The position numbers and the translations under genes were made by a program. A stretch of 64,000 nt of DNA, taken from contig CBDCJV010000002.1 in the NCBI GenBank assembly GCA_965217895.1, positions 3,232,001-3,296,000 of the forward strand, read 5' to 3'. Origin of the DNA: Waterburya sp. Its GTDB lineage: Bacteria; Cyanobacteriota; Cyanobacteriia; Cyanobacteriales; Xenococcaceae. The notes below the pieces were generated by a model that ran no database searches, had not been told where the DNA came from, and saw only the letters and a program-made list of their open reading frames with translations. Positions within the stretch are counted from its first letter, which is position 1. The number at the start of each line of letters is the position of its first letter. Positions 40,434 to 49,821 of this stretch are shown here, piece by piece.

Positions 40434-43400
40434 TTAAACTCTAAATTTCCAAGATACAATTTGATATGGTTTAATTTTATAATTACGTATGTTGCTAACG
40501 TCTTGTTTTTCTTCTAGGCAATTAATGAAACTATCAATCGATAAATCTAGATTATTGCTAATAATTAGCTTGGTTTCCTCTCCATGAGCTTCATAACAGC
40601 GCATAATTGGTTGTTGATCGCAAGCTAACTTAAACGCCATTAAAATTAAATTATCTGCCGATAAATCTAATAGCTCGTTTATAGGAGATAAATTTTTATT
40701 TTGTGGATTATTAAAGCTCTTTTGATCTAGAATTATTGTCTGCAACGGCGTATTTAATTCATAGCCTTTTTGTACCGTTCTTGCTTTTTTCCAGTCATTT
40801 ACATGAGGGTAAATAGCATAGGTAAAGTGATGAGTACCTCGATCGCTTTGAGGATCTGGCCAGATAGAAGAACGTAATAAAGTTAAGCGCAATAGATCTG
40901 GTTTGGCATCATAACCATGTTTACAGTCGTTGAGCAAGCTTACGCCATATTTACTATCGTTATCAGTTAAGTCTGCCCAATTTAATGCAGATACTTCCCA
41001 TTTTGCTTTTTCTTCTGCTGTCTTGGGTTGGGTAGTTCTTTTTATTGCTCCACAGGGTATTTCATAAGTAACGTAATCACTAGTTATATTCAAAGGGAAA
41101 GCAACTTTAACCATTACATGAGTTTCTTGCCAATCAACCGTATTATTTATTTTTAAAACAGATGAATCTGGTTCTAAAATATAGTCTTGAATAAATTTTG
41201 AGTTATTTAATTTCTTTACTACTCTAATACTTTTTATTAATTCATTATTTATCCATTCAATCGATTCTAATTCTGTCTCAGGCAATTGATTTTGTTCATA
41301 TTCTGGGTCAATATTCCAAGCGTCCCAGTATTGCCCTCGATCTTCAAAAGCTTGGATTGTATTACCTGAATCTCTAAGTATTTCTCGATTATTTATTCGG
41401 TCATAAATACTATCTAAATCGCCAGTATCAGAGTTGACAATTACTTTTAAATATTGATTTTCTAGAACATAATCATGCTGTTGTGAAGCTTTACTTGCCA
41501 AAGAATCATTATTAGGACACAGCCAGAATAAACGATAGCCTATAGATGGAATATCTTCAGCTAAGAAAATTAATTGATTGTCTTTGATTAATTGCGATCG
41601 CATTATATTTCCCTCGCTATCACATACTCCAGATTTAGAGCTTTCGATAGTTACCATCTGCGATCGCTTCCAGTTAAGAGAATTAAACACAACTAGAGGT
41701 TGAGCGTCGTTTTGGGGTGGTTTGGGTAACTTAATACTTGAGGCGATCGCATCCAAAGCATTTTGTAATATATTTTCGCCAATTGCGATCGCCTCTTCCC
41801 AGTCCTGGTTAGCCTCAGTGAAGACTTCGGTGATCGATGTCCCTGGCAAAATATCGTGGAACTGGTTAAATAAAACTTTTTTCCAGGCTATTTCGATTAA
41901 TTGTTGCCAGTCCTCTTGACAAAGACCTTCTTTTCCAATTATTCTGTTCATAATGGAAAATAGTGCTTGGCTAACGAACTTGTCCTCACAAAGCAGGGTT
42001 GCAAGAGTTGACCATAACTCCGCCTGATAAAGTAATCTTTCACAGTAGCGATTATATTTTTTCTGATCTGCATGGACGGTATAGCAGCCACGATGCAGTT
42101 CTAGATACAGTTCGTCTTTCCAGACAGGGAATTGCTCTTGAGTTGCATCTCCATTAATATCTATCCCCTTAGTGTTCTTCTCTGCGTCTCTGCGTCTTTG
42201 CGCGAGATAATCCTCTTCGCTAATCGTTGCCAAATAATCAATCGCTGTGGAAAACTCAATCTTAGGAAAGAAAGGCGAGTTATCCCATTTGTGAGCCACT
42301 TCTAACATATCCCTCGTTGGCCCGCCACCATGATCGCCTACTCCTGGTAGCCAAAAGATATCCTGTAAGCCTGTCTGAGTTTCCCAGTCAAAAGCGTAAT
42401 TAGTCATAGTAATCGGATTTGTATCCATTACTCCCGTCACGTTAGGAGGAGACATCAAAGTTAGCAATTGTGTCCCGTCAGGAGATTCCCACCAGAAACA
42501 ACCCAAAGGAAACTTATTAGTATCATTCCAGTGCAGCTTACCCGTTACAAAATATTCAATCCCGCATTGTTTAAAGATTTGGGGTAGTTGCCAAGTAAAA
42601 CCAAAGCTATCGGTTAGCCAAGCAACTTTAGTTATCTTGCCAAACTTTTCTTGATAGTATTGCTGTCCGTATAACAACTGCCGTATCAACGACTCACCGC
42701 TAACCAGATTAGTTTCTGGTTCAATCCACATTCCTCCTAACACTTCCCATTTATTCAACTCAACTGCATTCTTAATTTCTGCAAACAGTTGAGGACGATT
42801 AATTTCCAGCCATTGATATAAAGCAGGGCTAGTATGACCAAAAGTCAAGGCTGGAAAATCTTGTTGTAAGCTAAGTACAGATTTAAAAGTACGCTCGGCT
42901 ACTTCGTAAGTTTCATCTGTTGTCCACAACCACGCCATATCTAAATGAGCATGACCGAGTAAATTAAAGCGACGCTGTTTAATATTTTTCCCTAAAGGCA
43001 ACAGGCTCGATCGCAATTTAGCCAAATCGTCTCCGAACTTGTTCCCGTTTTCAAAATTGTCCCAGTTAAACTTATCTAAGGCTGTTGCTAATACGTCTAG
43101 GTGTTCGGGTTCAAACTGAGTTAAGTACTTATATAGTACAGTTAGTTCTTCGGCTATCAAGCCTGGATCGATATTTTCAGGAGTATCTAACCTTTCATAA
43201 AGCAAATGCGATCGCATCAATGCCCCAATGTCATGATTAGGGCTAACAAGGCGAATAGTAACTAAATATCTTTGTCCTGGTTGAACACAATCCGTAATCA
43301 GTACCCGCGCTGAAGAATCAAATAAGTCTCCCTGCTGTACCAATTCCCCGTTAATAAATATTTGTGCATCTTCCGCCCACCAAGTTAAGACCAAGCGTAA

Positions 43401-43685
43401 ACTTAATCCTGATATTGGATATCCCTTTAGCGTTGGCGGAATAACAATTTGTTGCGCTAGCCATTTGATCTGTTTTCCTTTAGCAAAAACAATATAACCT
43501 TGCTCGTTAACTGCTGCGGTTTGGCATTCTTGCAGATCGACCTTGGCTAGATTTTTGCCAATATTGACTATGCTTAAAAGTGTAATATCGCGCCAATTAT
43601 CTTGTACCTCTAGTTTAACTAGTTGACGTAATTTGGCGATAAATTGCTCGATAGTTAGGACGAAATTATCAGACACGGCAATCAA
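40434..43685 (-). CDS. Alpha-mannosidase (GH38)
   Basis: GHAHLDMAWLW, WLTDSFG, GVGDHGGGP, ELYLELHRG, NQFHDILPG. Confidence 0.95.
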   Translation of the reverse strand: MIAVSDNFVLTIEQFIAKLRQLVKLEVQDNWRDITLLSIVNIGKNLAKVDLQECQTAAVNEQGYIVFAKGKQIKWLAQQIVIPPTLKGYPISGLSLRLVLTWWAEDAQIFINGELVQQGDLFDSSARVLITDCVQPGQRYLVTIRLVSPNHDIGALMRSHLLYERLDTPENIDPGLIAEELTVLYKYLTQFEPEHLDVLATALDKFNWDNFENGNKFGDDLAKLRSSLLPLGKNIKQRRFNLLGHAHLDMAWLWTTDETYEVAERTFKSVLSLQQDFPALTFGHTSPALYQWLEINRPQLFAEIKNAVELNKWEVLGGMWIEPETNLVSGESLIRQLLYGQQYYQEKFGKITKVAWLTDSFGFTWQLPQIFKQCGIEYFVTGKLHWNDTNKFPLGCFWWESPDGTQLLTLMSPPNVTGVMDTNPITMTNYAFDWETQTGLQDIFWLPGVGDHGGGPTRDMLEVAHKWDNSPFFPKIEFSTAIDYLATISEEDYLAQRRRDAEKNTKGIDINGDATQEQFPVWKDELYLELHRGCYTVHADQKKYNRYCERLLYQAELWSTLATLLCEDKFVSQALFSIMNRIIGKEGLCQEDWQQLIEIAWKKVLFNQFHDILPGTSITEVFTEANQDWEEAIAIGENILQNALDAIASSIKLPKPPQNDAQPLVVFNSLNWKRSQMVTIESSKSGVCDSEGNIMRSQLIKDNQLIFLAEDIPSIGYRLFWLCPNNDSLASKASQQHDYVLENQYLKVIVNSDTGDLDSIYDRINNREILRDSGNTIQAFEDRGQYWDAWNIDPEYEQNQLPETELESIEWINNELIKSIRVVKKLNNSKFIQDYILEPDSSVLKINNTVDWQETHVMVKVAFPLNITSDYVTYEIPCGAIKRTTQPKTAEEKAKWEVSALNWADLTDNDSKYGVSLLNDCKHGYDAKPDLLRLTLLRSSIWPDPQSDRGTHHFTYAIYPHVNDWKKARTVQKGYELNTPLQTIILDQKSFNNPQNKNLSPINELLDLSADNLILMAFKLACDQQPIMRCYEAHGEETKLIISNNLDLSIDSFINCLEEKQDVSNIRNYKIKPYQIVSWKFRV

Positions 43686-43805
43686 AATAAAGGGCGTTGC
43701 TGATTTAAGCTATGAAACTGATAGTGAAACTGTTCGTAGCTATTAGCTATTAGCTTTTTTTAAATGAAAAAGAATATAAATCCAACTAACTATTCATGTT
43801 TCAAA

Positions 43806-44780
43806 TTAACTTTTTGATGGGACAAGAAACTTTTGAGACAAAACTTTGTAAATCCCTTTGAATAACTCTTTTGGCTCGTTATCCAACATCGAATCACGGT
43901 AAACACACATAATAGAGCAACCTTCTTCGCAACCTTTATATTGCTGCGACTGTTGTTTTAGATCTTCAAGACTATACTCTGTGAGCGGTTTATTCAAGCG
44001 ATCGCGCTGGGAAGAACAGTATTGTACCAACCCAAATTCGTCAACGTAAAGATAACGCGAACCAGAACGACATTTCCACTTAGGTTTCTTCCCTTGTAAA
44101 AGATTTCTTCCATAATCATGATCGCTTAGGGGATATGGTTCTCCGCTTGTAAAATATTCGTCCCAAAGCTTGAGATATTCGTCACCTTCAATCTCAATTT
44201 GTCCTTTTTCATTGTGCATCAAACCAACTGAGACATTGAAGCCAAAGGCTCGAATTTTAGTTAAAGTCTCCATAAAAGTTAATTTAGTAGATTCGCATAA
44301 CACTATATTGGCGTGAACATCAAAATTTGCGTGTTCTCGTAAAATTTCTAATTTTGGCAACAATTGTTGGAACGATTTTTGAATATAACCAGTTGAATCT
44401 GTTTCTAAAACATCGATGCTGATTTGTAAATTACTCAATCCAGCCTCATTCAGTTTTTTGACTAACTTTTCAGTCAGTAAAAACCCATTGGTAGTAATCG
44501 AAACCTGATTTTTTCGATTACAATATTTGACAATCTCAACGATGTTGGGGTGCATTAATGGTTCGCCACCTAAAAGAGAAGTATTAACGACGCGCAATCG
44601 ATGAATCGCATCAATTCGTTCTTTTAAAAGCTCTAGAGGTACTGGAGAAGAATAGTTGTCGAACTCTGTACAGTAGCCACAACTTAAATTACAACGGCGA
44701 GTTACAATCAGTTGAGCTTCTAGGGGCGATTTAAAAAAAAGTAAACTGATAGCCGATCGTAACGGTTGTTTTACTCGCAT
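43806..44780 (-). CDS. Radical SAM protein with cysteine-rich (twitch/SPASM-like) C-terminus
   Basis: CNLSCGYC, GGEP, TTNG; CRSG...YCS...CEEGCSIMC. Confidence 0.88.
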   Translation of the reverse strand: MRVKQPLRSAISLLFFKSPLEAQLIVTRRCNLSCGYCTEFDNYSSPVPLELLKERIDAIHRLRVVNTSLLGGEPLMHPNIVEIVKYCNRKNQVSITTNGFLLTEKLVKKLNEAGLSNLQISIDVLETDSTGYIQKSFQQLLPKLEILREHANFDVHANIVLCESTKLTFMETLTKIRAFGFNVSVGLMHNEKGQIEIEGDEYLKLWDEYFTSGEPYPLSDHDYGRNLLQGKKPKWKCRSGSRYLYVDEFGLVQYCSSQRDRLNKPLTEYSLEDLKQQSQQYKGCEEGCSIMCVYRDSMLDNEPKELFKGIYKVLSQKFLVPSKS

Positions 44781-44859
44781 AATACACACCTGTTCTTAGT
44801 AAATTTGTAACTATCATTAGATAGCCATGTAGCATCTGAAAACATAACACAATCTTGCC

Positions 44860-46881
44860 ATGATGACTTTTGCAGTTTTTTCTCTAGCATTGAAACCCAT
44901 ACGCGATCCTGTAGCCGTTTTCTTGATGATTTTGGCTATCATGTTGGTTGCGCCTTTATTATTCGAGCGATTTCGCCTACCTGGTATTGTTGGCTTGATT
45001 TTGGCGGGGGTAATTGTTGGCCCTAAAGGGCTAGGATTATTAGAAAGAAACAGCAATATTATCTTGTTAGGTACGATTGGCTTGTTGTTTCTTATGTTTA
45101 TGGCGGGTTTAGAAACCAGCCTCGACGATCTTAAAGACAACAAGGATAAAGCCATTATCTTTGGTCTTGCCACTTTTCTCTTGCCGATGATTATCGGTAC
45201 AGGGGCGATGATGCTGGTGGGATACGGCATCTTGCCAGCAATATTAGTGGCTTCTTGTTTTGCTTCCCATACTTTACTGGCACTGCCAATCCTCAGTAAA
45301 CTGGGCATTATGCGATCGCCAGCGGTTAATGTCACCCTGGGAGGGACATTAATTACTAACGTTTTGGCTTTACTGGTTTTAGCGGTAGTAGTCAAAGCTT
45401 TTTCAGGCGAACTAACTATAAGTTTCTGGTTATTTCTGATTCCTGCCTTAACCATTTATACTTTGGCAACCTTATGGGGCGTACCCAAAATTGGACGCTG
45501 GTTTTTTGCTAAATTTGGACATGATGAGAGTGCGGAATTTATTTTTGTCTTAGCAACATTGTTTGTTGTCTCCTACGTTGCAGGTTTAATCGAAATCGAG
45601 CCGATTATTGGCGCATTTTTGGCAGGAATTGCCTTAACGCCGTTAATTCCCCAATTAAGCCCCTTAATGAATCGGATTCAGTTTATCGGCAACACCTTAT
45701 TTGTGCCGTTTTTCTTGATTTCTGTCGGGATGCTGATCGATCCGCTAATTTTAATTAGTGAACCTAAATCATTAGTCATTGCAGCAGTAATGATTGTTGC
45801 CGAATTAATTAGTAAATTTCTTGCTGCTTGGGGTGCGGGAAAATGGTTTGGCTTTAAATTTCCCAGCACGATGGTTATGTTTGGGCTATCCATCGCTCAA
45901 GCTGCATCTACCCTAGCCGCAATTACCGTGGCATATGAAATCAAGTTAGTCGATCGCACTACCGTAAATGGCATTGTGGCAATGATTCTTTTTACCTGTA
46001 TTGCCTCTCCTTTGGTAACCGAAAGATGGGGTAAACAAATTACTACTGCTGAGAAGACTCCAACTGCTACTAATAAAACTAAAGTTTTGGCACAGCGGGT
46101 TTTAGTTCCTGTGGCTAATCCTAATAACGAAGATAACCTGTTAAATTTAGCTTTAATTCTTGCCAAAACTGCTAATGGAATTCTTTTTCCGCTCAACATT
46201 TTAAGCGATCGCCACGAACCCGTCTCTCTTGACGCGAGAATTCAGCAGCGCAAGCTATTAGAAACAGCAGAAACCCTGGCACACGCTGCTGATGCGAGGG
46301 TAGAAACTATCGCTAGAGTAGACGATGGAATTGATCGCGGAATTGTGCGTACAGCAATTGAACGGGATGTCAGTTTGGTAGTCTGTGGTTGGAAGGGCTA
46401 TTCTACCTATCAAGACAATTTCTTTGGCAGTGTGATCGATAACGTTGCCTTGCAACTACCTATTCCTGTCTTAATTACTCGCTTTGTTCAACCTATTGCT
46501 AATACCGCCAGAGTTTTCTTAGCCGTTACCAAAAGACAAGCACTGGCAGATGAATTTGCACAAACTATTAATATTGCGCAAATGTTAGCCAGCGAACTAA
46601 AGACTAGCTTAGAAGTATTAGTGGTAGCCACCAATAAGCAAACTCAACTCACTCCTAAAGAATTAGCTAAACTCAATCAAGATGTTGTTGTCGGTCAAGC
46701 CCAGGGCAATTTTATTAAGGAAGTTTCTCAGAAAATCTGCCGTAACGACTTATTACTCTTTCCTGTCAAAAGTACAGAAGCTAGACTGCGCCAAAGATCT
46801 GCTGTCGGCACTATCCCCGAAGCGATCGCCCGTACCCATGATGACGTTTCAATCTTAGTAATTCATTTTCCGATGAATTAA
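44860..46881 (+). CDS. CPA2 cation:proton antiporter with C-terminal universal-stress-like domain
   Basis: LPGIVGLILAG, MFMAGLE, IIGAFLAG, PFFLISVGM; RVLVPVANP. Confidence 0.92.
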   Translation: MMTFAVFSLALKPIRDPVAVFLMILAIMLVAPLLFERFRLPGIVGLILAGVIVGPKGLGLLERNSNIILLGTIGLLFLMFMAGLETSLDDLKDNKDKAIIFGLATFLLPMIIGTGAMMLVGYGILPAILVASCFASHTLLALPILSKLGIMRSPAVNVTLGGTLITNVLALLVLAVVVKAFSGELTISFWLFLIPALTIYTLATLWGVPKIGRWFFAKFGHDESAEFIFVLATLFVVSYVAGLIEIEPIIGAFLAGIALTPLIPQLSPLMNRIQFIGNTLFVPFFLISVGMLIDPLILISEPKSLVIAAVMIVAELISKFLAAWGAGKWFGFKFPSTMVMFGLSIAQAASTLAAITVAYEIKLVDRTTVNGIVAMILFTCIASPLVTERWGKQITTAEKTPTATNKTKVLAQRVLVPVANPNNEDNLLNLALILAKTANGILFPLNILSDRHEPVSLDARIQQRKLLETAETLAHAADARVETIARVDDGIDRGIVRTAIERDVSLVVCGWKGYSTYQDNFFGSVIDNVALQLPIPVLITRFVQPIANTARVFLAVTKRQALADEFAQTINIAQMLASELKTSLEVLVVATNKQTQLTPKELAKLNQDVVVGQAQGNFIKEVSQKICRNDLLLFPVKSTEARLRQRSAVGTIPEAIARTHDDVSILVIHFPMN

Positions 46882-46940
46882 AAGCGCGATCGCCTTCTAT
46901 AATGTTTATGCTTTATCCTTCGTAAATAGTTGAATCAATT

Positions 46941-47219
46941 TTGAGCATCAAGTTTGAATGGGATGAGCAGAAACGTCTATCTAATCTGCAAAAACATGGC
47001 ATAGATTTTATTAGTGCCTGTCAGGTTTTCAATAGTTTTACAGTAGAGTTTGAAGATAAACGTTATGATTATGGTGAGGACAGATATGTTGCTGTTGGCA
47101 AAACCAAAGGGCAAATTTTAACTGTCATCTACACCTATCGAGGCGATGCAATTAGATTAATTAGTGCGCGTCAAGCAACTAAATATGAAAGAAACCTTTA
47201 TTACTCGGACAACTATTGA
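46941..47219 (+). CDS. BrnT family toxin
   Basis: FEWDEQK..NLQKHGIDF, YGEDRY, IRLISARQA..YER. Confidence 0.9.
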   Translation: MSIKFEWDEQKRLSNLQKHGIDFISACQVFNSFTVEFEDKRYDYGEDRYVAVGKTKGQILTVIYTYRGDAIRLISARQATKYERNLYYSDNY

Positions 47220-47370
47220 TAAAGCTAAAAAATCAGAAGATTTGACTGATTTGGAAAGGCTTAATTCTATGAGTGAGGCAGAAATTGAAGCAAATGCTCT
47301 TTGTGATCCAGATAATCAGCCTTTGACCCCTGATAACTTTACAAAAGTTCGTAGAATTAAGCGTAAATAG
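47185..47370 (+). CDS. Short BrnA-type antitoxin, N-terminal part only
   Basis: ATG at 47185 overlaps the toxin; TDLERLNSMSEAEI...DPDNQPL; ends before any ribbon-helix-helix domain. Confidence 0.7.
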   Translation: MKETFITRTTIDKAKKSEDLTDLERLNSMSEAEIEANALCDPDNQPLTPDNFTKVRRIKRK

Positions 47371-47399
47371 AACTGTACTTATTACTCGTTACTTGCTAC

Positions 47400-49136
47400 T
47401 TAATAATGACTGCCTGACTTACGGTGTTGAATTGCCGTAATTCCATTTAATTCAGACACTTCACCTTGGTCTACCACTGCATAAATTAAAGTGCGATCGC
47501 CTGATGGTAAACGGCTTTGGACAGTACATTCAACGTTAGCTAATGCTTCTTCAATAATTAAGCAGCCATTGGCGGCGGTTTTGGTAGTTACATTGTTGAA
47601 AGAATCACTACTCTGATTACTGAAGTTTCTTCTGACAGTTCTACCTTCTTTAAGGATATTTAGTACAAACTTATCTCCTGGATTACTAATTAGATCCACA
47701 TTTTGTGACTCAGCTATCGCAACCATTACCCCAGGAGGATTAAAAGTTGCTTGAGATACCCAAGAAGTCAACACACCTATATGATGATTATCCTGACAGG
47801 TAGTTAAGACGCAGATCGAACCAACAATTCTACCCACTGCTTGTTCAGTGCGATCGATTTGAGTTTCGGTGACAGCTTGACGAGGACTACGGAGCTTCTT
47901 CGATTTTTTCAGTCTTTGAGTAAATTCTTGTCCTGCCTGAATACATTCTTTTAAAATAGCAGTGGTGGGACTAAAACGAACACGGATCGGTTCAAACCCG
48001 AAGCTATAATGAGCATCTTTTAACTTATTTTCTAGCATGGCGATCGCTTCACCACTCCAGCCATAAGAACCAAATACCCCTGCTAACTTAGTTTTCGCTG
48101 CGGTAGCTAAGACGATTCCTAATGCGGTTTGAATTTGAGTTGGGGCATGGCCGCCTAATGTGGGCGAACCAATAATAAAACCATCACAGGCTTGAATTGC
48201 TGCGGTAATTTCTTCAGAGGTGGCAAGTTCGCAGTTAATTGATTCAACTGTTACTCCCGACTGTACTAATCCATGAGCGATCGCGCCAGCTAAAGTGGCA
48301 GTGCTACCATAAGCAGAAGCATAAAGCAAAACTACCTTAAATTCTTGAGCAAGTTGTGATTGACACCACTGCTGATAATCGTAGCTAAAGCGACTGAGGC
48401 TATATCTAACTAACGAACCATGAGCAGGGGCATAAATTTTAGCAGTTAAAGGCGCAAATTTAGCTAAGGCAGCTTCTAATTGTTTGGTTTGGCTAGCGTG
48501 GAGACAGTCAAAATAAAAACGGCGGTCTATACCTAATTGTTTCCAATTATCATCAAAGATAGAATCATCGCATAAGTGCGCTCCAAAAAACTTATCAGTG
48601 TAAAGAATCTTGCTTTGAGGATCGTAGGTACACAATCCATCTACCCAACGGGGAGTAGTGACGCTGATAAACTGTAGTCGATGTCCCTGTCCCAAGTCCA
48701 AAGTATCGTTGTCTCTAACTACGCGAATTTGCGATCGCCATTGGGGAAACATTAAGGCACCCTTGAGGGCATTAACTGCTGGTTTGGAACAAATTATTTT
48801 GGCTTGAGGTGCTTGTCCTACCAGAACTTGTATGGTTGCCAAGCGATTAGGATTAACGTGCTGTAGGATAATATAATCTAGCTTTTTTAAGTCAAGCTGC
48901 TGTGTTAATGTTTCCAAATAAATTTGGGTAAAAGATTGTCCTGGCGGATCGATTAGAGCAACTTTATCGGCTTGAATCAAATAAGAATTAGAAGTCGTGC
49001 CTTTTTGACGAGAATATTCAACTTCAAACTTTAATCTATCCCAAGTACGCGATCGCAATACTTGAGTATTGGTAGCAATTTCGGCTACTTGAACATCTCT
49101 TTTTTTAGCTGTTGGTTGAATGGTTGTTTGTTTCAT
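47400..49136 (-). CDS. flv2: Flavodiiron protein Flv2
   Basis: Beta-lactamase, flavodoxin and flavin-reductase domains; non-canonical QHVNPNR and TDKFFGAH iron-site motifs; third gene after flv4 and the PsiE-like gene. Confidence 0.85.
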   Translation of the reverse strand: MKQTTIQPTAKKRDVQVAEIATNTQVLRSRTWDRLKFEVEYSRQKGTTSNSYLIQADKVALIDPPGQSFTQIYLETLTQQLDLKKLDYIILQHVNPNRLATIQVLVGQAPQAKIICSKPAVNALKGALMFPQWRSQIRVVRDNDTLDLGQGHRLQFISVTTPRWVDGLCTYDPQSKILYTDKFFGAHLCDDSIFDDNWKQLGIDRRFYFDCLHASQTKQLEAALAKFAPLTAKIYAPAHGSLVRYSLSRFSYDYQQWCQSQLAQEFKVVLLYASAYGSTATLAGAIAHGLVQSGVTVESINCELATSEEITAAIQACDGFIIGSPTLGGHAPTQIQTALGIVLATAAKTKLAGVFGSYGWSGEAIAMLENKLKDAHYSFGFEPIRVRFSPTTAILKECIQAGQEFTQRLKKSKKLRSPRQAVTETQIDRTEQAVGRIVGSICVLTTCQDNHHIGVLTSWVSQATFNPPGVMVAIAESQNVDLISNPGDKFVLNILKEGRTVRRNFSNQSSDSFNNVTTKTAANGCLIIEEALANVECTVQSRLPSGDRTLIYAVVDQGEVSELNGITAIQHRKSGSHY

Positions 49137-49232
49137 GGCTTTACGAAGGATGAAGGATGAGGAAATAGGCTATAAAAAGAAGAGTAGTAAAAAGTGAGAT
49201 CCCCTAAAGGGAACGTTTCCGAACCCAAAGGG

Positions 49233-49748
49233 TTAGAAGCTACTACTCTGTTTACCGTTCGTCCCTACTTTTTGTTTATATCGTTCGGATATTTTTTGTT
49301 CTGGATCGACACCTTCAAAGGTAGGCGGTAGCCAAACTCTGACTACTAACAAAACTGCTAAAACTAATAAAAAAGAACAGGTGGCTAATACCTGACTCCA
49401 AGGAATATCTAAAATTCCCTTGACAATAATTTCTCGCAAAACCGAAACAATGGAAACTTCTACTGCCACACCAATAGAAACTCGGCGTTCTTGGAGGTAA
49501 ATGATTAATAAGCGAAATAATTCGACTAAAATCAGGATAAATAAAATATCGGCTGTGACTTGGGTAAAGTTTAAAGGCGGTAACAGAGACACAAACATCT
49601 CTCGCAACTGAAGCGTCATGAAGCCAAATAGACCAATACAAAGAGAAATAATGATAAAGTCTTGGATAAATTCTAAAACTTTAATCACTCCACCATTATT
49701 TAGCCATTTATGCCAGGGAGTTGAGGAATTATCAACAGGTTTGTGCAT
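49233..49748 (-). CDS. Sll0218-like (PsiE family) small membrane protein
   Basis: DILFILILVELFRLLIIYL, VSIVSVLREII; start MHKP at 49748 (the longer ORF reads through a REP). Confidence 0.88.
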   Translation of the reverse strand: MHKPVDNSSTPWHKWLNNGGVIKVLEFIQDFIIISLCIGLFGFMTLQLREMFVSLLPPLNFTQVTADILFILILVELFRLLIIYLQERRVSIGVAVEVSIVSVLREIIVKGILDIPWSQVLATCSFLLVLAVLLVVRVWLPPTFEGVDPEQKISERYKQKVGTNGKQSSSF

Positions 49749-49756
49749 TATATTTG

Positions 49757-49784
49757 ATAGGGGCGAACGGCCGTTCGCCCGTAC
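49757..49784. repeat. REP hairpin (GGGCGAAC..GTTCGCCC family)
   Basis: ATAGGGGCGAACGGCCGTTCGCCCGTAC; other copies at 53755-53782 and 60341-60368. Confidence 0.85.
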
Positions 49785-49821
49785 AGAGGTTAGAGGTTCG
49801 TCTTTCAAATTTAGATGCGGT

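Noticed and set aside
43806..44789. RiPP biosynthetic cluster
   Set aside because: No precursor peptide, RRE domain, protease or exporter nearby
44817..45455. 212-aa minus-strand ORF and the many other short antisense ORFs in the track
   Set aside because: Lie opposite well-supported genes and have no recognisable motifs
46878..47503. Short direct repeat around HIP1 on either side of the BrnT module
   Set aside because: Mostly the abundant HIP1 octamer and probably chance; not comparable to the glcD duplication
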